Shown here piece after piece: positions 17,021-25,164 of a stretch of DNA of 32,000 nt. Positions within the stretch are counted from its first letter, which is position 1. Every line of letters starts with the position of its first letter. The notes beneath the pieces are model-generated. The model saw only the letters and a list, made by a program, of their open reading frames with translations, was not told the DNA's origin and did not search any database. Position numbers and translations under genes: made by a program. Origin of the DNA: Archaeoglobus fulgidus DSM 4304 (GTDB lineage: Archaea; Halobacteriota; Archaeoglobi; Archaeoglobales; Archaeoglobaceae); the NCBI RefSeq assembly GCF_000008665.1, contig NC_000917.1, forward strand, positions 1,020,001 to 1,052,000, in the 5' to 3' direction.

Positions 17021-17264
17021 GGAGGTGAGATGAATGGTGGAAGATGCATTGGCTAAGGGTTTGATTGCAGTTGGTGCTGGACTGGCAGTTGGACTGGCCG
17101 GTATTGGTGCAGGACTTGGTGAGAGCGGTATCGGTGCAGCTGCCGTAGGAGCTACAGCCGAGGACAGGGGCTTCTTCGGTCTCGGTATTCTGTTCACAGT
17201 TATACCGGAGACCATAGTCATCTTCGGACTGGTCATAGCGTTCATACTGATGTTCGCGTTCTAA
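17021..17264. repeat. direct repeat copy 1 (SD + atpK + stop), 244 bp
   Basis: Identical at every position to 17441-17684 by line-by-line comparison. Flanking bases differ on both sides. Confidence 0.95.
17034..17264 (+). CDS. atpK: A-type ATP synthase subunit K (c/proteolipid), copy 1
   Basis: 76 aa Gly/Ala-rich two-helix hairpin with the ion-binding Glu in TM2 (VIPETIVIFG). GGAGGTGA SD 5 nt upstream. Confidence 0.9.
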   Translation: MVEDALAKGLIAVGAGLAVGLAGIGAGLGESGIGAAAVGATAEDRGFFGLGILFTVIPETIVIFGLVIAFILMFAF

Positions 17265-17265
17265 C

Positions 17266-17448
17266 ATGCCGGGCGAGGAGCTGGTCAGGAGATTCCTGGA
17301 AAGGAGGGTGCTGACGGAAAAAAACATAGAGAGGTTCGTGAAGTATTACTGGTTGGTGTCGACCGCGAGGATGGTTCTCGGAGTAACCATCCTCATTTTA
17401 ATATTAATAGGCGGGCTTAAGTTTAGCCAGCTTATTCCCTGGAGGTGA
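17266..17448 (+). CDS. small single-pass membrane protein (60 aa), unassigned, inside atp operon
   Basis: The ATG lies 1 nt after the atpK-1 stop, and the TGA lies inside the atpK-2 SD. Basic N-terminus (RRFLERR) plus one hydrophobic span (MVLGVTILILILIGGL). Codon usage resembles its neighbours. I recognise no homology. Confidence 0.45.
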   Translation: MPGEELVRRFLERRVLTEKNIERFVKYYWLVSTARMVLGVTILILILIGGLKFSQLIPWR

Positions 17449-17684
17449 GATGAATGGTGGAAGATGCATTGGCTAAGGGTTTGATTGCAGTTGGTGCTGG
17501 ACTGGCAGTTGGACTGGCCGGTATTGGTGCAGGACTTGGTGAGAGCGGTATCGGTGCAGCTGCCGTAGGAGCTACAGCCGAGGACAGGGGCTTCTTCGGT
17601 CTCGGTATTCTGTTCACAGTTATACCGGAGACCATAGTCATCTTCGGACTGGTCATAGCGTTCATACTGATGTTCGCGTTCTAA
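17441..17684. repeat. direct repeat copy 2 (SD + atpK + stop), 244 bp
   Basis: Identical to 17021-17264, with a 420-bp period. Confidence 0.95.
17454..17684 (+). CDS. atpK: A-type ATP synthase subunit K (c/proteolipid), copy 2
   Basis: Protein and DNA are identical to copy 1. Confidence 0.9.
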   Translation: MVEDALAKGLIAVGAGLAVGLAGIGAGLGESGIGAAAVGATAEDRGFFGLGILFTVIPETIVIFGLVIAFILMFAF

Positions 17685-17694
17685 GGTGAAAGAG

Positions 17695-18261
17695 ATGCCA
17701 CTGGATAAAGTACTGCAGGAGATCCAGCAGAAAGGTGAAGAGGAGGTCAGGAGAATCAGGGAGGAGACGGAGAAGGAAGTTGAGAAGATACTGGCCGAGG
17801 CCAAGGCTGAGGCCGAGGAGATTCTGAAGAAGGCCAGAGAGGAGGCAGAGAAGGAGGCGGAAGCCATCAGAAGGCAGGAAATTTCCAGCGTCAAACTGGA
17901 GATGAAAAGGGAACTTCTGAACGTGCAGAAGGAGATCCTTGAGGAGGTTTTCAACCTTCTCAGGCAGAAGGTTAGAGACATGGATGAAGAGACGAGAAAG
18001 AAGATACTCAAAAACCTGCTTGAAAAGAACGCTTCACCAGGAATGGTTGTTTACTCAAGGAAAGAGGATGAGGACATAGTAAAAGAGCTGATAAAGGAGC
18101 TCAAACTCGATGTCACCTACGGCGGCAACATAGACTGTATAGGAGGAGTCATACTTGAAGACCCCGCCGGGGACATCAGACTGAACCTGACGTTCGACGA
18201 ACTTGTAAGCCAGGTTTACGAACAGAAGCTGAGCGAAGTGTCAAAATTGCTTTTCAAGTAA
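17695..18261 (+). CDS. atpE: A-type ATP synthase subunit E
   Basis: Track ORF 17686..18261. E/K-rich N-terminal coiled coil plus a globular C-terminus, in the expected operon position. Start set to ATG 17695, 5 nt behind the AGGTGA SD. Confidence 0.85.
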   Translation: MPLDKVLQEIQQKGEEEVRRIREETEKEVEKILAEAKAEAEEILKKAREEAEKEAEAIRRQEISSVKLEMKRELLNVQKEILEEVFNLLRQKVRDMDEETRKKILKNLLEKNASPGMVVYSRKEDEDIVKELIKELKLDVTYGGNIDCIGGVILEDPAGDIRLNLTFDELVSQVYEQKLSEVSKLLFK

Positions 18262-18277
18262 GTAAGAGGTGATAACA

Positions 18278-19297
18278 ATGATCTACAAGGGAAATAGAGC
18301 CGCCTGGGCTTACATCGTTGCAAGAACGAAGGTTATGAAGAGCAGACTGCTGAAGCCAGAGGACTTCAGGAAACTGCTGAACATGGAGTTTGACGAGATT
18401 GTGAGGTATATAGGTGAGACGGAGTATAAAAAGGAAATCGACGAGCTCGGCTACAAGTTCACGGGGCCAAGACTGCTCGACCACGCCCTCTACGCAAACC
18501 TCGCGAGAACCTACAGAAAGCTCATTGAGGTCTCCTTTGGTGCCTCAAAGTTCCTGATAATGAAGTATCTTGAGAAGTGGGATGTCTGGAACATAATAAA
18601 CATCATCAGGGGCAAAATGGCAAACGTTCAGCCCGAAGTGGTTGATGACATTCTGGTCCCTGCTGGTGAGAGGGACATGGACTTCTGGAAGACGTTGCTT
18701 GTCAAGGATATCGAAGAAATCGTCAAGTCCTTTGAGGGGACACCCTACTACGAGCCCCTTTCCAAGATAGGCAGCGAAGACATGAGCAAAATCGAGGACG
18801 GGCTTTACAAGGTTTACTACAGGGAGTTACTAAAGCTAAATCCTTCAGACTTTGCAATGAAGCTCTTCCTCGACTTCATCAAGATGGAAATAGACATAAG
18901 GAACGTCAAGACGCTGCTGAGGCTGAAGGCGGAGGATGCGACGCCCGACGAAATAATGGAGTGCACGATTCCCGGTGGTTACGAACTTACCGAAGAAGAA
19001 CTCAGGAAGCTTGCGGCCATGCCGATTGATGAAATGATAAAGGCTCTCGAGGGCTACTGGTTCTGGAATGACGTTCAGATTGAAGGGAAGGAGGTCGCGG
19101 CAGTTGAGATCGAGTTCGACAAGGTCTGGATAAAGACAATCTCCAAGAGGGCCAGCAACTATCCGCTCAGCATTCTGCCGGTTCTGCAGTACATTGTGCT
19201 GAAAAAGGTTGAAGTGGACAACCTGAGAGTTCTTGGTTGGGGCAAATACTACGGCTTGCCGAGCGAGGAGATTGAGAGGCAGATGGTGATATTATGA
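18278..19297 (+). CDS. atpC: A-type ATP synthase subunit C (d-like)
   Basis: Track ORF 18269..19297. ~339 aa all-helical protein at the operon position after E. The GTG at 18269 is part of the GAGGTGA SD, so ATG 18278 was chosen. Confidence 0.85.
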   Translation: MIYKGNRAAWAYIVARTKVMKSRLLKPEDFRKLLNMEFDEIVRYIGETEYKKEIDELGYKFTGPRLLDHALYANLARTYRKLIEVSFGASKFLIMKYLEKWDVWNIINIIRGKMANVQPEVVDDILVPAGERDMDFWKTLLVKDIEEIVKSFEGTPYYEPLSKIGSEDMSKIEDGLYKVYYRELLKLNPSDFAMKLFLDFIKMEIDIRNVKTLLRLKAEDATPDEIMECTIPGGYELTEEELRKLAAMPIDEMIKALEGYWFWNDVQIEGKEVAAVEIEFDKVWIKTISKRASNYPLSILPVLQYIVLKKVEVDNLRVLGWGKYYGLPSEEIERQMVIL

Positions 19298-19599
19298 AAA
19301 AGTTGGCGGTAGTGGGCGATCCGGACTTCACGATTGGCTTCATGCTTGCAGGAATCTCGGACATATACGAGGTCACGAGCGACGAGGAAATCGTTAAGGC
19401 GGTTGAGGATGTTTTAAAGAGAGATGATGTTGGTGTTGTGATTATTAAGCAGGAGTACCTGAAAAAGCTCCCTCCGGTTTTGAGGAGGGAAATTGATGAG
19501 AAGGTTGAACCCACCTTTGTTTCTGTAGGAGGAACCGGAGGTGTGGAGGAGATTAGGGAGAAGATAAGAAAGGCGATAGGTGTTGACCTATGGAAGTGA
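19294..19599 (+). CDS. atpF: A-type ATP synthase subunit F
   Basis: 101 aa ([19 protein letters not shown]...) with the typical V/A-ATPase F fold signature. ATGA overlap with atpC. Confidence 0.88.
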   Translation: MKKLAVVGDPDFTIGFMLAGISDIYEVTSDEEIVKAVEDVLKRDDVGVVIIKQEYLKKLPPVLRREIDEKVEPTFVSVGGTGGVEEIREKIRKAIGVDLWK

Positions 19600-21335
19600 A
19601 AGAAGCTGGATACGTGGGAGAAATTTATAGGATTTCTGGACCCCTCGTCGTTGCGGAGGGATTGAAGGCCAGAATGTACGACCTCTGCAAGGTAGGTGAA
19701 GAGGGGCTGATGGGAGAGGTTGTAGGTTTAGTAGGGCAGAAGGTTCTCATTCAGGTTTACGAGGATACAGAGGGTGTAAAGCCGGGTGACAAAGTAGAGA
19801 ACACCGGAATGCCGCTCAGCGTTGAGCTTGGGCCTGGATTGATAAGAAACATCTACGATGGTGTGCAGAGGCCATTGCCGGTGCTAAAGGAGGTCAGCGG
19901 AGATTTCATCGGGAGGGGCATTGAAGCTCCGGGCTTGGACAGAAAGGCAAAGTGGGAGTTTAAGCCGCTGGTGAAGAAGGGAGAAAAAGTAAAACCGGGA
20001 GAAATAATCGGAACTGTTCAGGAGACTGAGGTTGTAGAGCAGAAGATTCTCGTTCCGCCGAACGTCAAGGAGGGAGTAATCGCTGAGATTTACGAGGGCA
20101 GCTTTACGGTTGAGGACACCATTGCGGTTCTTGAGGATGGCACGGAGCTTAAGCTCTACCACAAGTGGCCAGTCAGAATTCCGAGGCCGTACGTAGAGAA
20201 ACTTCCACCCGTTGTGCCGCTCATAACTGGTCAGAGAATTCTGGACACCTTCTTCCCGGTTGCAAAGGGAGGTACCGCTGCAATTCCGGGCCCATTCGGA
20301 AGCGGTAAAACTGTGACCCAGCACCAGCTGGCAAAGTGGAGTGATGCTCAGATTGTCGTTTACATCGGATGCGGTGAGAGAGGCAACGAGATGACAGAGG
20401 TTCTTGAGGAGTTCCCGGAGCTTGAAGACCCGAGAACAGGAAAGCCGTTGATGGAGAGAACGGTTCTTGTTGCCAACACCTCCAACATGCCTGTTGCGGC
20501 GAGAGAGGCTTCGGTTTACACCGGAATCACCATTGCGGAGTACTTCAGAGACATGGGCTACGATGTAGCCATACAGGCTGACTCAACCAGCAGATGGGCA
20601 GAGGCAATGAGAGAAATCTCAGGAAGACTTGAGGAGATGCCCGGTGAAGAGGGCTACCCCGCTTACCTCGCATCAAGGCTTGCAGAGTTCTACGAGAGAG
20701 CTGGCAGAGTTAAGACCCTCGCAGGGAACATAGGGAGTGTCACGGTTGTCGGAGCAGTTTCACCGCCCGGCGGTGACTTCAGTGAGCCAGTAACTCAGAA
20801 CACGCTCAGAATTGTGAAGGTGTTCTGGGCCCTCGATGCGAAGCTCGCTGCCAGAAGGCACTTCCCCGCCATAAACTGGCTGCAGAGCTACAGCCTCTAC
20901 GTTGACACCCTGAAGGACTGGTTTGCTGAGAACGTCAGCGAGGAGTGGAACGAGCTGAGAAGATGGGCAATGGAGGTTCTGCAGGAGGAGGCTAACCTGC
21001 AGGAGATTGTGCAGCTTGTTGGTAGCGACGCACTGCCAGAATCCCAGAGAGTCCTTCTGGAGGTTGCGAGAATCATCAGAGAGGTTTACCTCATCCAGTA
21101 CGCCTACCACCCCGTCGATACATACTGCAGCGTGCAGAAGCAGTACGACATGCTGAAGGCCATAAAGCAGATCAACGACTGGTTCTATCAGGCTCTCGAA
21201 GCAGGAAAGACCATCGATGAAATTGCGGGAGTCGAGGGTCTCGAAGAGTTTGCCAGAGCCAAGTTCGAGGAGGACTACAAGCCCGCCATGGAGGCTGCGC
21301 TGGAGAAGATTAGAAAGAATCTGCTCGGAGAGTGA
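19590..21335 (+). CDS. atpA: A-type ATP synthase catalytic subunit A
   Basis: 581 aa. Walker A GPFGSGKT, Walker B region [13 protein letters not shown], and the A/V-type non-homologous insert region. No intein. Confidence 0.97.
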
Positions 21336-22753
21336 TGAAGATGAAGGAGTATAAGACCATAACCCAGGTTGCGGGTCCCCTTGTTTTTGTTGAGAAAACC
21401 GAGCCGGTTGCCTACGGAGAGCTCGTCACCATAACGCTTCCCGACGGCTCAACAAGGAGAGGTCAGGTTCTCGACACGTCCAAAGATGTCGTCGTTGTTC
21501 AGGTTTTCGAGGGTACGAGAGGAGTTGACACCTCAAGCACCGTCAGGTTCACCGGTGACATCGTCAAGCTCAACTGCTCCCAGGACATGCTCGGAAGAAT
21601 TCTGAGCGGTTCCGGTGAGCCGATTGATGGTGGGCCAAAGATCGTTCCAGAGGAGAGGAGACCAATTGTCGGTGCGGCCATCAACCCCTACGCCAGGCAG
21701 TATCCGAGAGAGTTCATCCAGACCGGTATTTCAGCAATTGACGGAATGAACACCCTCGTCAGAGGTCAGAAGCTCCCGATTTTCAGCGGTTCAGGTTTGC
21801 CGCACAACGACATCGCTCTGCAGATTGCGAGGCAGGCAAAAGTTAGGGGCGAGGGTGAGGAGTTCGCTGTCATATTCGCGGCTATGGGCATAACTTACGA
21901 AGAGGCGTACCAGTTCATGAAGGAGTTCGAGAGGACTGGGGCACTGGAGAGGGCTGTTGTTTTCCTCAACCTTGCCAACGACCCGGCTATCGAGAGATTG
22001 CTGACTCCCAGAATGGCACTCACCGCTGCAGAGTTCCTCGCCTACGAGTACGACCTGCATATTCTGGTTATTCTCACAGACATGACCAACTACTGCGAAG
22101 CTCTTAGAGAGATTTCGGCAGCAAGAGAAGAGGTTCCCGGAAGAAGAGGATATCCGGGTTACATGTACACTGACCTCGCAACTATCTACGAGAGGGCTGG
22201 CCGTATCAGGGGCAGGAAGGGGACGATTACGCAGATGCCAATCCTCACAATGCCGGGCGATGATATCACCCACCCAATTCCCGACCTCACCGGGTATATC
22301 ACCGAGGGACAGATAGTTTTGAGCAGAGAGTTGCACGCCAAGGGTATTTATCCACCAATCAACGTCCTTCCGTCGCTCAGCAGGTTGATGAAGGAAGGTA
22401 TCGGCGAGGGATACACAAGAGAGGACCACCCGCAGTGGAACGACCAGATGTATGCGGCCTATGCTGAGGGTGTTGACCTCAGAGGTCTCGTCGCCATTGT
22501 TGGTGAGGAGGCTCTGTCAGAGAGGGACAGGCTCTTCCTGAAGTTTGCCGACGAGTTCGAGAGGAGGTTTGTCCAGCAGGGAAGATACGAGGACAGAGAT
22601 ATTGAGTACACTCTCGACCTCGGATGGGAGCTGCTCGCAATGCTTCCTGAGAGAGAGCTCACGAAGGTTGAGAGAAAGTTCATAGAGAAATATCACCCCA
22701 AGTACAGGAAAAAAGAAGCTAAGCCCGAGGAGGCCACAGAGGAGGCCTCCTGA
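21335..22753 (+). CDS. atpB: A-type ATP synthase subunit B
   Basis: Track ORF 21332..22753 (GTG). ATG 21335 overlaps the atpA stop (TGATG). Typical B-subunit motifs are present ([25 protein letters not shown]). Confidence 0.96.
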
Positions 22754-22778
22754 AAACAATTTTTAGAGGTGACAGGGA

Positions 22779-23408
22779 ATGGCAGAGGTCCAACCGACAC
22801 GAATGGAGCTCATAAAGCTCAGAAGAAGGATAAAGATGGCCACCCGTGGCCATGCACTGCTTAAGATGAAGAGAGATGGCCTCATCATGGAGTTCAGGCA
22901 GCTTCTGGAGGAGGCAAAGGAAGTCATTGGTGGGATGGTTCAGAAGTACGAGAAAGCTCAGAGCAAGCTTGCGTTAGCGATAGCAGTTGACGGTATCGTA
23001 GCTGTCAGGTCAATCGCCCTCTCCTGCTGCCAGATTCCGCCAGAGTTCAGCATGAAGAGGAAGAACATAATGGGAGTCGTTGTGCCAGTCATCAAGAGAG
23101 AGCCAATAAGAAAGAAGCCCACGGAGAGGGGATACGGAATCCTGAGCACATCCACGAGAGTCGATGAAGCGGTCGAGGCTTACGAGGAGCTTGTTGATGC
23201 TGTACTTGAGGTTGCGGAGATTGAAACAACCCTCAGAAAGCTCATTGAGGAAATTGAGAGGACGAAGAGAAGAGTTAACGCTCTCGAATACCGCGTTATT
23301 CCAACGATGGAGGAGCTTGCAAAGTTCATCTCGTTCAAGCTGGAGGAGATGGACAGAGAGAACATTATAAGGTTGAAGAAGCTCAAGATGAAGAAGGCAA
23401 AGTCTTAA
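22779..23408 (+). CDS. atpD: A-type ATP synthase subunit D (central stalk)
   Basis: 209 aa with N- and C-terminal long helices (PTRMELIKLRRRIKMATRGHALLKMKRD... RVNALEYRVIP). GAGGTGA SD upstream. Confidence 0.93.
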   Translation: MAEVQPTRMELIKLRRRIKMATRGHALLKMKRDGLIMEFRQLLEEAKEVIGGMVQKYEKAQSKLALAIAVDGIVAVRSIALSCCQIPPEFSMKRKNIMGVVVPVIKREPIRKKPTERGYGILSTSTRVDEAVEAYEELVDAVLEVAEIETTLRKLIEEIERTKRRVNALEYRVIPTMEELAKFISFKLEEMDRENIIRLKKLKMKKAKS

Positions 23409-23413
23409 TTCTC

Positions 23414-23420
23414 TTTTTTT
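23414..23420 (+). terminator. oligo-T (T7) terminator candidate for the atp operon
   Basis: A run of seven T begins 6 nt after the atpD stop. Archaeal RNAP terminates at oligo-T tracts. Confidence 0.55.
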
Positions 23421-23426
23421 GGAAAA

Positions 23427-23434
23427 TTTTAAAT
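23427..23434 (+). promoter_or_regulatory. TATA box candidate (TTTTAAAT) for bioY operon
   Basis: Centre 26-27 nt upstream of ATG 23457 and no SD, which fits a leaderless transcript. Confidence 0.5.
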
Positions 23435-23436
23435 TC

Positions 23437-23467
23437 TCGTTAACCGATCTACATTCATGGTTAACGA
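23437..23467. promoter_or_regulatory. BirA-operator-like inverted repeat TCGTTAACC-N13-GGTTAACGA
   Basis: Perfect 9-bp arms lie between the TATA box and the first codons of bioY; the right arm includes the G of the ATG. Half-sites resemble the bio-operator core GT(A/T)AACC / GGTT(A/T)AC. Confidence 0.5.
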
Positions 23468-24077
23468 TATAAAGAAAACCGCTCTGGCAGTGGTTACAGC
23501 CTTAATAACCGCGGTATCTGCGCAGCTAAGCTTTAAAATAGGACCTGTGCCTTATACGATGCAAAACTTCGGCGTGATGCTATCAGGGTTTCTTCTCGGG
23601 CCCTACTACGGCCTCCTGTCGATGGCAATCTACCTAGCCCTCATAGCCTTTTCCCTGCCGATAGCTGCAGGTGGAGGCGGTTTGGGAGTTTTAATTGGTC
23701 CAACCGCTGGTTTTCTTTACGGATTTCTGATCTCATCCTTCCTGGCGGGTGTTTTCAGGAGAGCAATTTGGAGGGAGGGGAGCAGAAGAGAGGTGTTAAT
23801 GCTCTGGCTTTCAACGCTTGTGGCATCTATGCCCATCTACCTGCTTGGCTTCTTTGTTTTCTACAACTTCGCAATGATTGATGAAAAGCTGCTCATCCGA
23901 TCCGAGAGCGCCGTCAGAGCCTTTAACCTCTCCTTCTCCTCTCCCACCATGGTTATCTTCGCCGCAACCGTTCTGATTTTCCTCCCCCAGGACTTTTTCG
24001 TTGACCACCTCTTGGCCGTACTGGTTTTCAGGTACGTCCACAGAATGCTGAATGAGAGGGGTGTGGAGGTTGATTGA
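23457..24077 (+). CDS. bioY: biotin transporter BioY (ECF S-component)
   Basis: 206 aa polytopic protein with BioY hallmarks (PVPYTMQNFGVMLSGFLLGP..., GPTAGFLYGF). Confidence 0.88.
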   Translation: MVNDIKKTALAVVTALITAVSAQLSFKIGPVPYTMQNFGVMLSGFLLGPYYGLLSMAIYLALIAFSLPIAAGGGGLGVLIGPTAGFLYGFLISSFLAGVFRRAIWREGSRREVLMLWLSTLVASMPIYLLGFFVFYNFAMIDEKLLIRSESAVRAFNLSFSSPTMVIFAATVLIFLPQDFFVDHLLAVLVFRYVHRMLNERGVEVD

Positions 24078-25164
24078 ACTCAGGGTGGATAAGTACACAT
24101 ACCCTAACGGAAGGGTTGGCTTGAGCGATTTTTACGCAACCTTCGAGGGCTGCGATTTCATCATCGGCCCAACGGGTTCGGGAAAGAGCACCGTACTCAA
24201 AATGGTTAACGGACTGATTCCGAACTTCCTTGGCGGAACTCTTGAAGGGAAGGTGAGGGTTTTTGGAGAGAAGCCCAATCCCAGAATTGCGTTCTTTGTG
24301 AAGCAGAACCCTGAGGAGATGATTACCTCTACGCAGGTTATCGATGAGCTTGTCTTTCCTTTGATTCAGCAGGGGTTTGGTTGGGGGGAGGCGAAAAGGG
24401 AAGCGGAGGAGGTTTGTGAGGAGCTCGGAATCGGTGGGCTGCTGGAGAGAAAAACGTATGAGCTCTCTACCGGTGAGCTTCAGTTAGTTCAAATTGCCGC
24501 AGCACTTGCCTCAAAAGCCAGAATACTCGTTTTTGATGAGCCTTTTGCAAATCTAAGCCGTAAAAATGTTCTGAAAGTTATCAAAATACTCAGGGACTAC
24601 CCGCACTTAGTTTCGGAGCACAGGCTTGAGTTCTCAAGCTTCTTCGAAAAGACCATCAACCTCGGCCTTGAGTGTGAGGATTTCGAAATTCCAGAGGTTG
24701 AGCCAGGTGAAGCTGTTTACGATGGGCTGATTGAGCTCAGAGAGGGGGAGCTTATAGCTTTGGTTGGAGACAACGGAGCTGGAAAGACGATGATGTTGAA
24801 GAAAATAGCCACTGAGATGAGAAAGCTCGGGCTGGACTTCTCAATCGTCCTCCAGAACCCATCATACCACCTTGTGGAGGACAGCGTTGGAAAGGAGGTT
24901 GATTTGGAAACAGCCAAAGAGTTCGGTATTGAGAGCTTGCTCAGCAGGCACCCGCAGTCCCTCAGCATGGGACAGATGAAGAGGGTTGCAATTGCGAAGG
25001 CGTTTAAGTCGAAAATATTGCTTCTCGACGAGCCCACTGCAGGGCAGGACTGCAACTTTCGGAGGAGACTGCTTTACCTGCTCAGAAAGCACAGAAAGTC
25101 GGCGATTATAGCTACCCATGACCCTTATGTGGCTGAACACTGCGACAGAAAAGTGGAGCTATGA
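24052..25164 (+). CDS. ECF-transporter ATPase, fused tandem ABC nucleotide-binding domains (EcfA-A'-like / BioM-like)
   Basis: 370 aa. NBD1: GPTGSGKST, Q-loop VKQNPE, signature LSTGELQ, Walker B ILVFDEP, H-loop SEHR. NBD2: GDNGAGKT, LQNP, LSMGQMKR, LLLDEPTAGQD, ATHD. Overlaps the bioY 3' end by 26 bp, so the start is uncertain. Confidence 0.85.
   Translation: MRGVWRLIELRVDKYTYPNGRVGLSDFYATFEGCDFIIGPTGSGKSTVLKMVNGLIPNFLGGTLEGKVRVFGEKPNPRIAFFVKQNPEEMITSTQVIDELVFPLIQQGFGWGEAKREAEEVCEELGIGGLLERKTYELSTGELQLVQIAAALASKARILVFDEPFANLSRKNVLKVIKILRDYPHLVSEHRLEFSSFFEKTINLGLECEDFEIPEVEPGEAVYDGLIELREGELIALVGDNGAGKTMMLKKIATEMRKLGLDFSIVLQNPSYHLVEDSVGKEVDLETAKEFGIESLLSRHPQSLSMGQMKRVAIAKAFKSKILLLDEPTAGQDCNFRRRLLYLLRKHRKSAIIATHDPYVAEHCDRKVEL

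Noticed and set aside
17021-17684. Interpreting the atpK duplication as a mobile-element insertion or a fused double-hairpin c subunit.
   Set aside because: Each copy has its own SD, start and stop, so there is no fusion. The spacer has no terminal inverted repeats or transposase, only a small membrane ORF. An assembly artefact cannot be excluded from the sequence alone and is listed as the refutation test instead.
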